Assembly: GCA_012295275.1 (NCBI GenBank)
Contig: CM022665.1
Location: 6,386,001-6,450,000 of the forward strand
Direction: 5' to 3'
Length of the DNA: 64,000 nt
From: Chrysomallon squamiferum
Taxonomy: Eukaryota > Animalia > Mollusca
A program made the position numbers and the translations under genes. Under the pieces are notes generated by a model. It searched no databases and had not been told where the DNA came from. It saw only the letters and a program-made list of their open reading frames with translations. This document shows positions 1 through 12,551 of the stretch, piece by piece. Numbering within the stretch: the stretch's first letter is position 1; each line of letters begins with the position of its first letter.

Positions 1-185
1 CCACTAAAAACTTTTCTTAAAGTTATCTATTGTCTGCTGGTTCATGAATTCATTTGATATGCAAAAACAAAAAAGAACGGTCAAAACCAATGAAAAACTG
101 TATGAATAAAAACTATTTAAATTTCTCTACTTTCCAAAATGTATATAGCAAATAAAGCTTTACAATTTTCCTTAAATAATTTTAG

Positions 186-418
186 ACATTCCAATAGATG
201 TAATAGGTAAAGAAGAAAGTATCAAAAAGATTGGAGAAGTAGTGAAATCTCATAATGTAAAAGAGGTTGTACTAGTGTGTCGTCGTGGAAATGATTCTCA
301 GATTGCAGTGAGAACTCTTCAGGAGAAATTAAAAGATTTCAGTATTGTTCTGAAGGACATTTCTGGTGGTTTGACTGCTTGGACCAAACAAGTGGACCCT
401 AAGTTTCCAGTGTACTGA
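186..418 (+). CDS. MOCS3: Last coding exon of adenylyltransferase/sulfurtransferase MOCS3 (UBA4), C-terminal rhodanese domain; gene is 5'-truncated by the window edge
   Basis: After acceptor tttag (184-185) the frame reads IPIDVIGKEESIKKIGEVVKSHNVKEVVLVCRRGNDSQIAVRTLQEKLKDFSIVLKDISGGLTAWTKQVDPKFPVY*. The CRxGNDSQ active-site loop and the GGL.AW...VDP.FP.Y terminus are diagnostic of MOCS3/Uba4. TGA at 416-418; AATAAA at 565-570 and 571-576. Confidence 0.93.
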
Positions 419-841
419 ATTTTTTACAGTGGAATTACAAATGTAGCTTTTTAATAAATTTATATTCTGAATCTGTAGCCAGCTCTTTTTTGTTACTACC
501 AAGGACTTTTGACCACTCCCAAAATGTCACAAAAATACATAATTATTATTACTGTGTTTTTTTAAATAAAAATAAAGAAAACTGCAATTTGCAAAACATT
601 TATTTATAAATATTTATAACCAAATATTTTTCTTTACATCAGCTAGGCATCATATTCAAAAAAAAAAAAAAAAAAATTATTTTAAACATTAATAAAGGAA
701 AATAATATAACCAGAAGATCATTAATAACGTATAATCAAAAGTAGTTAGAATGAATTCTGTAAATAGTCATAATACTCTACGATATTCATCACACATTTT
801 ATTTTAGTTTTAAACTATTACCAAACATTTGAATGCAATAT

Positions 842-3800
842 TTATACATACGTAATTTCTTTGTAGCTTTTCTTTTCTATTTTCTTCGGTTTGTATGTCC
901 TCTTCCTCCTTTAAAACAGCAAAGAAAAATGAATGTGACATACATATTTAACTGAGCAAAAAAAACCCCAGATTTACAAAATAAGATTTTAAAAAGAATG
1001 AGAAATGCATAGAAAATTCAAAAGAAACTGATGAACTTCAGTATTTTCACAGAGGGATTGCTAAGCAATTCCCATAAAAAAAATGTAATAGTTTTATCTT
1101 AATTTTTATTAATACATTAATAACTTACTTGGCCCTGACTCTGGGTTCAATGATATTTCTCTTCTGGAGACTTTTAAATCTATCTTCCAAAAGATGACCT
1201 TCGGGCTGCAATAAAGAGAAACAAATTGGATTTGTTTTATTACATAGCATGTATCCTATTTCTTTTTCCACCATTTAAAATAAAAAATAATTTAAAAAAG
1301 TTCAAATTCATCTAACAAGAAGATACATACAATGTTTCCTCAATGTTTTTAAATTCAACTTTTTACAAAATTTACAAAGCACTATCTTAGAATAAAGAAT
1401 GAAAATAAGTGAGTCAAAATATTTAAATATGTTACCTTCAGCAATCTGAGTGAACCTACAAGTTCATCTGTGAGCTTCAACTCCAACTCTGGTTCCTCAA
1501 ATCTGTTCTAGTTAAGGATAACATTTGTGACAGAATGGCATTCCATGAATGCCAGTTTAAATGGAATAAGAACTAATCGTGTTTTGAGCTTTAGAGAACA
1601 AAATACTGAATGCTAATATTAAAAATATGATACTGATGTAAAAATTGACCTCTGAATCAATGATTGGATTATCTATCAGACAATATGTGTAATTGTGAAA
1701 CTTATAAATTGTGATTTGGATTAGTTTACCCGTACTCTTCATGTATAAAGAAAAAAAAGGCAAAATCTAATATGCACAAACTGTTTCCATTTTTTAAAAC
1801 TGAAGTTGGATAACAAAATTAAGGATACTTGTGTTTTCCAAGTCTTTTAGGCTGTAATTTGCTTTTTTCTTTAATTTCTTCTTTTTTCATCAGCCTCTGT
1901 TGGTATTCTCTTGTTTTCTTTTCTATTTCTTTCTTCAGTGATTTAACCCTAAACATGGAGAGAATATTTTAAATAAAACTTATCTGTATATGGCTCTGTT
2001 CAGACATTTTAACAACCAGGAATTAAATTAAGAAACATAAAAAGTTTCAAATCTAGAATAAGATACATTATTGATTAAACATCCTAATTAAAAAGAAAAC
2101 ATTCAAACAAAGGAAATAAAATAACGTTTCATTACTTTACATTACTGAAAATACTGCACCCTAAACTGTATTCTCCCAAATTTTCCTAAGCATTATAGAA
2201 ACTATATAAAATAAACTATGAACATTTCACTAACCGGTAAACTTCATTTTCTATCTTCTTTTTAATTTTTAACTTTTTTATCTCATTTAACTGAAATAAA
2301 ACAAATAAAAAAACATACAAAATGTTTTTTGACAAAATCAGTAGGAAAACACAAAGTTTTTTTTATTCTTCTTACTACTTTTTCATTACAAGTGTTCTGA
2401 CATGAGATTAGTAAGAAACATGAAAAATAAATATTAAAAGAATATTTCAGTTAGATTATTTATCCCGTCTCTAACAAATATTAAATTTATTTGGCATAAC
2501 TTACATAAATCTTATTATTAAAAAAATAATAATAAAATAAGTTGTATGAAATTAATATTAAAATCAGGAATTGTTACTTTTCTTAAAAATATATTTTGCT
2601 TGGTATAATTGTACCTTTAGTTTTTCTTCTTTTTCCTTTCTCTTCTGTTTCTTGGTCTTGAAATTTTCTCGTCTGACAGGAGGATTGACCGATATTTTAT
2701 CAGGATCTTCTTCAACATCGTCATTACCATCATCTTTTTTCTTTGTGTCTAATAACCCAGCTGTCATTTCTTCCAACCAGATTTTCTGTATATGACATTC
2801 AAAGATGATTATTTCTAACAGTAGTTTCATCTGATCATGAAAATACTTATTAAATACATTACAGTTCCAAATTTTCACTTAAAATAATACTGCATATTTA
2901 TGCTTAAACCTTAGAATATAGACCATAATAATAGTTTTATGAGTATGAACAGGCCAATAGAAAACGAAATACAAAAATGCTTTACTTTCATCTTAGCCAG
3001 TTGAAATAAAATAAATGTGGAGTAATTTATAATCATACATCCAAACATATATTCCTCTCTGGAAACTTCCCCTCCAGTGCATTGTACAGTTTTTTTTCTT
3101 CTTTCAGCTTTTTCTCTTCTACTTCATTAGCTTTCAGTATTAAGTCCTAAACAAAATTTTGTAAAATATTTTTTTTTTTTTTTTACATAACAACTTGGAA
3201 TGTCAAGTATTAAGGTTTTATATATTATACCTTACAAGTTATGACATTGTAAAATCTCAAGTATTTAATCATTAAAATTATTGCTCAAGAAATATTAAAA
3301 AAATAATAATAAAATTATATGCCTACTCTATACAATTAATTTATTCATCTTTTATTATCTACAGAATACTAATTTCTTTAATGTAACATACAATTCATTA
3401 TTAGTTAAAAATGAAGGCAAATTAAAAAAAAACATCCTAAGAAGAAATTCTCATTTTAAAAGACATTTTGACAAAACATTAAATTTATTTTCAATAATAA
3501 TTTTAGCTTTTACCTCATAATCCTCTAAAGCTGGATTATATGAAGCACCAGGGTGGGGCACTTCGACAGCTGGCACTACAGATGTAGACTGCTGGTATCT
3601 TGGAGGAACCTGTGAAATGCAAAAATGATCTTGTTTTCAGAATGTTTATGTAAGATTTATTTCATAAAAATAACATAAAATCTAATACAATTTATTTAAG
3701 ATGGAATAATGCAACATGAACACAAAACATTTTCAGTACCATTTCATAAAATATATATTACATACTTCAAAGATGAGGAACTTACTTTAACTCTTCTTTT

Positions 3801-6503
3801 CTTTGTAACTGCTAAACAATGATCTAACTCTTCTGGCAGTCTAGTAGTCTCGGAAGATTCTAGTTAAAAAATTAAAAATTAAAAATTTATTAAAACAAAA
3901 ATTAAACAAGTCTTTTTATAATGAATTGAGAAAAGAAATATCTAGCTCTGCATATATTTAGAGAATGTATATAAAAGTAATTATATAATCGTAATGGTAA
4001 TTTTTAACAGAAAACCAAACTGTCTGTTACAAACAACTTTAATAAGGAAAATATTAGCATCTTGGTTGATATTTTTAAGCAAAAATTCTTCACCTTTTAT
4101 TCTTTGTGGCAGCAAAGTTTTTTCTGGTTGTGGTGGGGGTCAGTGGTTTGTTTGGCTTTTTTTTAATTATTTTGACCATTTCTAATTATATAAAATAATG
4201 GATTGTCTTGCTATTTTCATTCAGACAGGAATCCATTTCAGTTATTAAGGTAATTAGTTTTTCTAATACCTTTTTTTACTCCATAAAATTATCAGTTAAA
4301 ACCAAATTTTTAACTTACATGTTTTAATGGTGAATTATTTTAATATGGTAAGGATATAAAATATTTAATTTTACCATTTTTAGCATTACCCGACCACATA
4401 TCAAAAGTTGCAATTGGCAGTTTGTTCTTTGATCTGATTCTTTTAAGTCTCTCTCTCCTAGCTTCTTGTTGTTGTTTCCTAATCTGGATCAGTTTAACTG
4501 ATTTTGCCTTTTTCTCCAGTTGTTTCTGAACCTTTGCAGAAACACCAGATTTTTTCACATTATGAGCTCTGAACAAAAAAACAACATAAAACAAATATAG
4601 ATCCATACCTGTGTGCGTGGGGGGGTATGTGTGTACACACTGAAAATATTAATAAAAATAATAAATCCATCATGTTTCATGTACTTGTATGACAAAAAGA
4701 TAACAAAATAATTACTGCTATTTAGAAATATAGTCCATCAATTGTAAATACAAGTCTTTAGGTATTCTGTCCCCTTTTTCTTATTAAACAAATTCAATCA
4801 AATATAATTATTATTTTTTCAAAATATTTCTCTTTAGTATTTGTTTAATAATATCTGTAATTAATATTTATTTTCAGACAGTAAGTTAAAAACAAACTTA
4901 CACTCTAGCTGGTTTTATAAGAGGATCTGGTTCCAAATTGGCATAACATTTAAAAATTGTTGGTCCTTTCTTTCTTTTCTGAACCGGTTCTGAAAATTCC
5001 ACAAATTAGTTACCAATGAGTCATTCTTATTTTCTTAACAAATAATGCTTACAATCGAGTGTTAATTATAAAGCTAGTCTTTATTGAAATATTTGAAATA
5101 TTACAAATTATAAACACATTCACATACATCAAAAGACTCATAAAAACTAATTTAATGTTGTACTGATGTAGTTTGTGATAGTACAAATTCTTTTCGATAT
5201 AACAGTGTTATGTTCTTGCAATCTCACCCTGAAGCCACCGTCAAGATCAATCAGAAATCATAGAACAGTTTGAAAAAACTGTGCATTAACATAAAACAGA
5301 CTTAATTTGCAGTATTCCAGTGTACGAGACTTGTATGTAAAACTGAGTTATTTGTAATCAAATACACTTACTTCTAGCCAAGTCTTCAGCATCTTTATCC
5401 ACAAAGAAAAGTTGCTCATTTTTTTTATCAGCAACTAACCCCCTGTTAAAAATAAAATAAAAGATAAAATAAAATAGTGTGTGAATGTTTTATAGTAATT
5501 AGCTTCAAGTTCAAAAGTTTTAAAATAAATGGAACACACAAAAGGAACATACATCCTTACATTTTTCTTTGTTATATAACAAACATTACTGCATGTTAAG
5601 TAAAGAGATTTGATTTTGTCGATAGTCCAAAGTCTTTCTTAACTTTATAGCAGTATTCTAATATTCTTTATAAAGCAATTACCAAAAATACACAATACAA
5701 ATATGTTGTTGTCACTTCAAAATAATCACTGAGAATAAAATATATTTTCTAGGATATTAAAAATATTTACACCCTTCGATTATGAACATAAAGATTTTTC
5801 AGAATTAAATTTTAATGAGTTAAAAACTGTAATGTAGGTACATATTAATTCTATCATGTTTTTCATCAATTTAACCTACTTTTAAGTCCTAGACATTTTA
5901 TTTTTTTTACTGATAAATATTTTAACTATTTAAAATAGTTAAAATACTGGATAAAATATTTTAATATCCCTTTTTAAAACAGCCCATACTGAGATACTCA
6001 TAAGAATATTAAAAATCATAAAATATTTAGTGCATTCACTGATGATCATTTATGTTCGACTTGTATGTTACAATAGCTTGAACAAGTTGAATTTATTAAA
6101 AACAACAACAAAACAACATAAAATGATAAACATACGCGTACAAGCAGATGATTTATAAACTTAAAAACATAACAACAACTGTCAACAGGAAATCTTCAGA
6201 TATCAATGTTTAAACAAGTGTAATTAAAAAAAAAAAAAGCAACAAAGTATGTAAATTAGCCCCGAATAGAATAATTTTGACATTTTGTGATCTTTGCGTT
6301 ACGCAGACTACAACTGGCATGGAGAAATAATGCAAGAAAACATTTTATTTGTGACAGTTCAGAATATACCCTGTTCTTTCTTGTAATCTCTCATCTTCTA
6401 AGAATTCTTCAACTTGTGAAACATCTATGTTTTTCCATGATTTCTTTCTGCTTTTAGCAATCTTTCTACGTTTTGGGCCCACACGTGTTGTTGCTACCGC
6501 CAT
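842..6503 (-). CDS. NOP53: Ribosome biogenesis protein NOP53 (GLTSCR2/PICT1), about 440 aa, 13 coding exons
   Basis: Exons (minus): 6503-6370, 5442-5372, 4989-4902, 4568-4375 (alternative donor 4390), 3859-3786, 3609-3514, 3146-3039, 2785-2615, 2290-2235, 1948-1829, 1502-1436, 1205-1129, 908-842; phases are consistent. Motifs: [32 protein letters not shown] (Nop53 arch-interacting motif LFx-phi-D), [64 protein letters not shown]. The extreme 3' end is ambiguous because a GTATGT donor at 851 could splice to a tiny terminal exon near 735-778. Confidence 0.93.
1503..1828 (-). other. U12-type (minor spliceosome) GT-AG intron in NOP53
   Basis: 5' splice site GTATCCTT (1828-1821), branch site TATCCTTAAC (1520-1511), 8 nt to the terminal AG (1504-1503), and no polypyrimidine tract. 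Splicing restores conserved KHK|FEEP. Confidence 0.92.
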
Positions 6504-7106
6504 ATTTAATTTTCTGTGGTAATTTCCTCCATTTGACTTGAAATTAAAAAAAGAAATATCAACATGTTTTTGTTGTAAATACGAAGGGAAAAAGAAAAAC
6601 AGATATAAAATTGTTGAAATTTTATATAACTGTACACTATTTCAAGATTAACGTTTTCAAAATTAATAAATTACTCATTATATTGTGTTTATAACATTTT
6701 GAATTAGAAAAAAAGAAAAGAAAACAAAGTTAGTTAAAAAAGATACTATTAGATAATCTTTATTATAATTGTTTTACCATTACATGGTAGTAGAATTTTT
6801 TATTTATAATTTAAGATTAATAATTAACTTTAATATAAACTATTATTTTTTAAAAATGATATCCGTAATCTCCCAAAAACTTCATATGTGATATCTTAAA
6901 GTATTTATTTATTTTACCCAGTATTTCGAATTTCTTGACATAATTGCAGACTGAAAGAATAATATACACAATGAAATTCAATTACCCATGATCAAGTAAA
7001 ATATAGAACATATATATATCCTTACATTTGTCTTGGAATCACTGTTCAGCATATGCTTACCTAACATTTTCAAAGGGAAATATGTTAATAAATACAAATA
7101 ATAATA

Positions 7107-7139
<33 letters not shown>

Positions 7140-7240
7140 GTTATTATAAATGTTATGGAAAACTGGATATTTTCTTATATTTGATCAATATCTTTTTTCT
7201 TTCTTTTTTAAGTTACCAAAAACATTTTGACAAGCATATT

Positions 7241-7276
<36 letters not shown>

Positions 7277-7799
7277 TATTATTTTATCTGTAATTTCCAT
7301 TCATTTTATTATCAAATTTTTGATCTGTTATCTTCATTCATACTTTAGTTAAACAAAAAATGTAATTTTAATGAGAGGAATCAATTGTAGCTAATTTCTT
7401 TAAACAAGGAGTGACCACTTCTTTTTAATACTAGCATAGACATCGTAACTAAAGACAAAAAAGGTACTTTCAGCATTTTAAACAATAATCTACATTTACA
7501 CTAATATAAATATACTAAGAAAATACTGTAATGTATCAGTTTTGTTAGAATATACCGTAATTATATCTACATAATTAATAATTGCCTCCTAGAGGATTAA
7601 TTAAATTGTGCCCACATTAGTCTATTTATTCAATAGCTAAAGATTCTTTTATTCTTTTTTGGGGCCAATTTTATACTTTTTTGTTTTAATTATCTTCTAT
7701 TTTCAAACTTTACATTATGCCATATGTCAAAGATTTTCCCATTACAGCTGGTTTTCCACTTCTGGGGTCAAAAGCCTTCATTTCTAAACATCTATATGG

Positions 7800-7946
7800 C
7801 AGAACCAGATTTTGATGTGTTGAAGCCCTCAGCAATGGAAAGCCTTAGTCTCTGTTTAATAATAATGTTGTATAATAACAGATGCCCTCTCTGACAGTAG
7901 TGGTCTTAATATTAGCATTTTTGACCCATATTTAAATCCAGCCCTG
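7800..7946. mobile_element. Degenerate non-autonomous DNA transposon (MITE) with the same CAGGGCTGGATTT-type TIR as 27329-27607
   Basis: Left end CAGAACCAGATTT (7800-7812). Right end AAATCCAGCCCTG (7934-7946; reverse complement CAGGGCTGGATTT). Flanks ctatatgg/ctagttag match 5 of 8, consistent with an old 8-bp TSD. Confidence 0.5.
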
Positions 7947-9467
7947 CTAGTTAGTTTTTAGAATAATAAGAAAATTGTATTAATGTTCTGAAATATTTTT
8001 ATTCAAATATTTTTTACAATGTATCAAATAAAACATAAATTTTAACAATCATTTTGAAACCATTAATTGTGTTTACAGTCACACATCTTCTCATTACATA
8101 TCTGTAATAAGGCTTTGGTTTCATAATTTGTATGAAATATCATACGTTACATTATTTTCTAAGAATACTTTCTTAGTTTCATTTTACAGTAATCACTGAC
8201 GTGTGTGTGCATACGTAAAAGAAAAACAAAACTATAAACAAATATTTTTCATTGATTTTGTAACATTTAAATCAGTCAGTGAAAATTATAACATTACTTT
8301 ACACACGAACACACAAATAACATGTATCATGTTCATGAATATACTAAAACATTACTGAACATTTTGTACCCTGAATTTTAATATGTTTTGAGACAAGTCA
8401 TCAAAACACATGTAATGTCCCCAAAAAATAGTTTTAAACAAATATATAATTCTTAAATTAAACACATGAAGAAATATTTTGATCCATACAAGTTTTAATG
8501 GGTCTCTATGGGACAGACTAATATAAAATAAAATAGAAATTGCTTCTTCTTCTTTCTTTTTCTTTTTTTCCCTTTAAACAAATGTATTTAGATCAAAAAT
8601 ATTAATAGTAGACACTGTATGTTTTTAAATAATAATCACAATCTGTTATGTCTGCACAAATGACAAAAAGAATGAAATACTGAGTTAAGCATGGTTTTAA
8701 AAAAATACCATCACATTATATTGCACTCGTATATAAGCAAGAAACTAAACAAAATAATAAATATATTGCAAACAAAGCATACAAAGACAGCATGGATAAT
8801 TTAACAAATTCAAAGTGAAGATGTAGTTATTGCTTCTGATCTACTAAAATTTTTAATATAAAAATAAAATTTGTATTTTTAAGAAATTCTATTGTGATGC
8901 ATCTGATGTGGCTTGAATATCAAGCTACAAAATAAAATGAATTACAAATGAAATCCAGAATGTTAACAACTGCTGTTATAATCCATTTGAAACTGCTAGA
9001 ATTACAGATCAGACTGTAAAATAAAACAAATCTTCAAAGGAATATACACTGACAAATCAAAGATACAAAACATAAAAGTCTAATTCATAAGTTGATATGA
9101 TGACAGCATGGTTCACACAAAAACACAGTCTTAATTTTTTATCATTTTTTCTTTATTGGCACATCAGAATATTATATTACTTTACACCCCATATAATCAG
9201 TGTATTAAACACTGATAACAGCATCAGATAAATTCTTAATCATTTTTATTATTTAATATCAGGGATAATGCCTTTTCACTTCAAAAAATTTTTTTACTGG
9301 ATATGTGGAATCTGCTGTGCTTTCTGAATAATATGAAATTTTAATTTATAAACAAATGTAAAACTAGAAGGCTTGCTTATTCTGAACACTTTTAAAATTT
9401 ACATGTAATAAATAAATATAAAACAGATGTATGATCTTGATGACAGAGGAGTATGAAACGGTCTGGG

Positions 9468-12400
9468 TTAAGACTGAGGTGTGGGTTTGCTCTTTTTAAT
9501 AGTGCTTGATACACTCTGTTTTAAAGACTGTAGACAGGTAGAAAGGTTTTCCTCTGTTAATTTGAGTTTCTGCTCCTGTTGTAATAGACAATCCTTCAGG
9601 TTTCCATTCTGACTGCCTACATCTTGTGCTGCAGAAACTGAAACAAAAATATCCACTAAACACTTACTCTTCAAAAATAACAAAACCATAGACAATAGTC
9701 AAATATATACATGTACTGAATGGCTGTTGTGATATCTTCATTAATAATATTATTATCATAAATTTTACTGATGCTCTTTCACTATTTATTATTTTTTAAT
9801 AATATATTACACCTTATATATATTTGAATATTAATCAGATGTATTTTAAATGAATCCTTGAATTACTTTTATTAATTATTTTATTTATACTTTTATTTTA
9901 TTTATTTATTTATTTATTTATTTATTAATAATGATAACTATGTATTCACAAACATATTGTGAACATATGGTTATCATTATTATTTTTTAAACATATTTGA
10001 CAGCAATTATTGTAAAATTTGTAACAATAATATTATTTAATCATCATTCTCACCAGTATCTCTCATTTCTTTAAGTTGTTGCTGAATACTGCGCATGTCA
10101 CGAAAGAACACTTTGATGGCCTTAGCAAGATCAACATCAAGTCCAGGACTGGTATGTTCAACAGGATTTTTGTTATTTGTCTGAACACCTTTCATATTAT
10201 GTGGATCTGTAGTGCTGTTTCCTAAATATATATAATAACAGTTCATTTCAGATACACTGTTATGCCACAAAGCAGCAATTTTGATATACATTAACAAAAA
10301 ATGACTTTCACTATCAGGATACTAAAAAGAAAGTGTTCTGTGACCCTGAAATTTATATTTCACGTGGTTATTTGTCATAAAACATTCATATCTATTTTTA
10401 CTGAAAGAAAATAAAAGTAAGGACAAAAATTAGGCAAATCAGATATATACACCAATATGTGTTTGTGTGTGTGTGTGTGTGTTGTTATTGTTGTTGTTGT
10501 TGTTGTTTGTTAGTTAATATTATATGATAATAAAATATTTACTTCTTCTTGATTTGGAGTTAACTTGAGCTTCCTTTTGCATCTCAAGATCATTTCTGAG
10601 TTTAAAATTCTCCTTGTGGATCTGACTTTTTTCATCCTGTACATGTTTCAAGTCAGATTTCTACAAGAAAAGAAAGTTTGGAATTAATTACAAGAAAAGC
10701 TACACAGATGTACAAATTTGGTAACATATTCTGGAATGATGTATTTCAAAATGTAAAAAAATGATGTACAGAAAAATTGCACAATTTAATAAAAGGAAAT
10801 ATAATTATTTTTTTAATTTATTTTTGTTTCTATTCATTTATAATTTTGTGAAATGTTACTGGATATGCCAATTATTTAACCCATTATTTCATTTTTAAAA
10901 ATATAGTTTCATTAAATAATAATACATGTCCTAATTAAATGGAAGTAAATGGTCCAACATAACATTAAATTTGTTGTGCAAGCAAAAATTAATAGAAGTA
11001 TTACAACAGCAAAAATCTGAAATTAAATAATTTAAAAATATTGTAAATGTTCTGCACATATATATTTTTATATTTTTATGTTTCAAAATCAAATCTTGAA
11101 GATTAAAATGACAAAAATATGTTATTATTTTGTGCTAGTTAAAATGCTCAGTTAATCAAGATTAATATAAGCTGCCACTGCAAATATAAAACAATCAATG
11201 TGTTGATCAAAACATAAACTGATGGTGAAAAGTGGAAGAAGACACTAACATTAAATTGTATATGTAAAAGCCCTTAATACTTTTATAGTCATAGCTAGTT
11301 ATCTTACGTAACTTTATTATTAGCAAAGACACAAATAAATTAATAAACTGAAAACAGACAAAAAGTATTTAGGCCACTTACCACCAAAAGTTCAACATTA
11401 AACAAAAAAGATATTGTGAAGTATCATCTCCAGTTTTCAGTTTGAAAGATTTTTAAATTATGGCTCATTAAAATAAAATAAAGGAATTCAGTGGTGACCA
11501 GAAAAGTAAACAAAACAGTAAGATCTGTTATTTTTGAACTATCAATTACATTTCAAATAATCAAACTTCACTTATTATGTATTTCAATAGAGCATTCTTA
11601 CACCATTAACCCACATTAGTTTTTATAATGTAGTGTTATTATTCAGAGCTCACCAGTGATACCAGTTTACTAATAATATCCTCTTGTGGATTCTGTGAGA
11701 TTAGGAAAGTGAAACAAAATGATAAAACTAGTGAAAATCACACACAAACAAAATAGCATGTTAAAAAAAAATAAAAGTGCAGGCAAAAAGCAACAAATAA
11801 TGATTTAACTACATACATATATATATATATATTGTTTTATTTTATTTTATTTTATTTTTTTGCTATTTATTTAAAAAATAACAAAAATAATTCTCAATAA
11901 CTTTCTACATTAAAACTGTAATTGAACATTATTTAAGTACATTAAAGAATTTTACATCATTAATAAAACAGACCTCAAAAAATAATTAAATTAATTTTGT
12001 ACAGTTACATTTTGTGAAAACAAATAATAAAATGAGAAATCCATGAATTGAAATATTACTAAAAATTGTTATTAATTCAGTAATGCATATATACATATTG
12101 CTGAATATGTGATAAAATTATTTCAAATTTTATTCAAAATTTTTGTTGTCTGTTTTTGGTTAAATGTTAGCTAAAAAAAGAAAAACATGATATGTAATGC
12201 TGAAACGTGGCATTACAAATTAAAAATATTGGTTTATTTAATAAAATCATTAGTGTTAGCATCACACTAAAGCAAATTATTTAATAGTGTTTAATCAGTT
12301 TTTCAGATGTTACGTTTAACTTACATAAGAAATTGCAACACTAGAATCTATGGAAGATCGTTTAGGGTGAAGAAGTTCTCTTTCAGCTGCAAAATAATAC

Positions 12401-12517
12401 ATTAGTTATTTTTATTACTGTAATATAAAACTGGTAAGAAAATATTCTGTTTGTAAATGTGAGATTAATTGTTAATTCTGTTTGATATTTAAAACAGTCA
12501 TTCTCACCCATTCATTC

Positions 12518-12551
<34 letters not shown>

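Noticed and set aside
4350-4357. ATATCCTT on the minus strand in NOP53 intron 4 as another AT-AC donor
   Set aside because: There is no matching U12 branch site. The nearby AC acceptor would give an immediate in-frame TAG, whereas GT-AG splicing gives a clean frame.
5799-5869. Possible C/D snoRNA (TGATGA...CTGA) in NOP53 intron 1
   Set aside because: The sequence is very AT-rich, with no convincing terminal stem and no recognisable antisense guide to rRNA. Such boxes are expected by chance.
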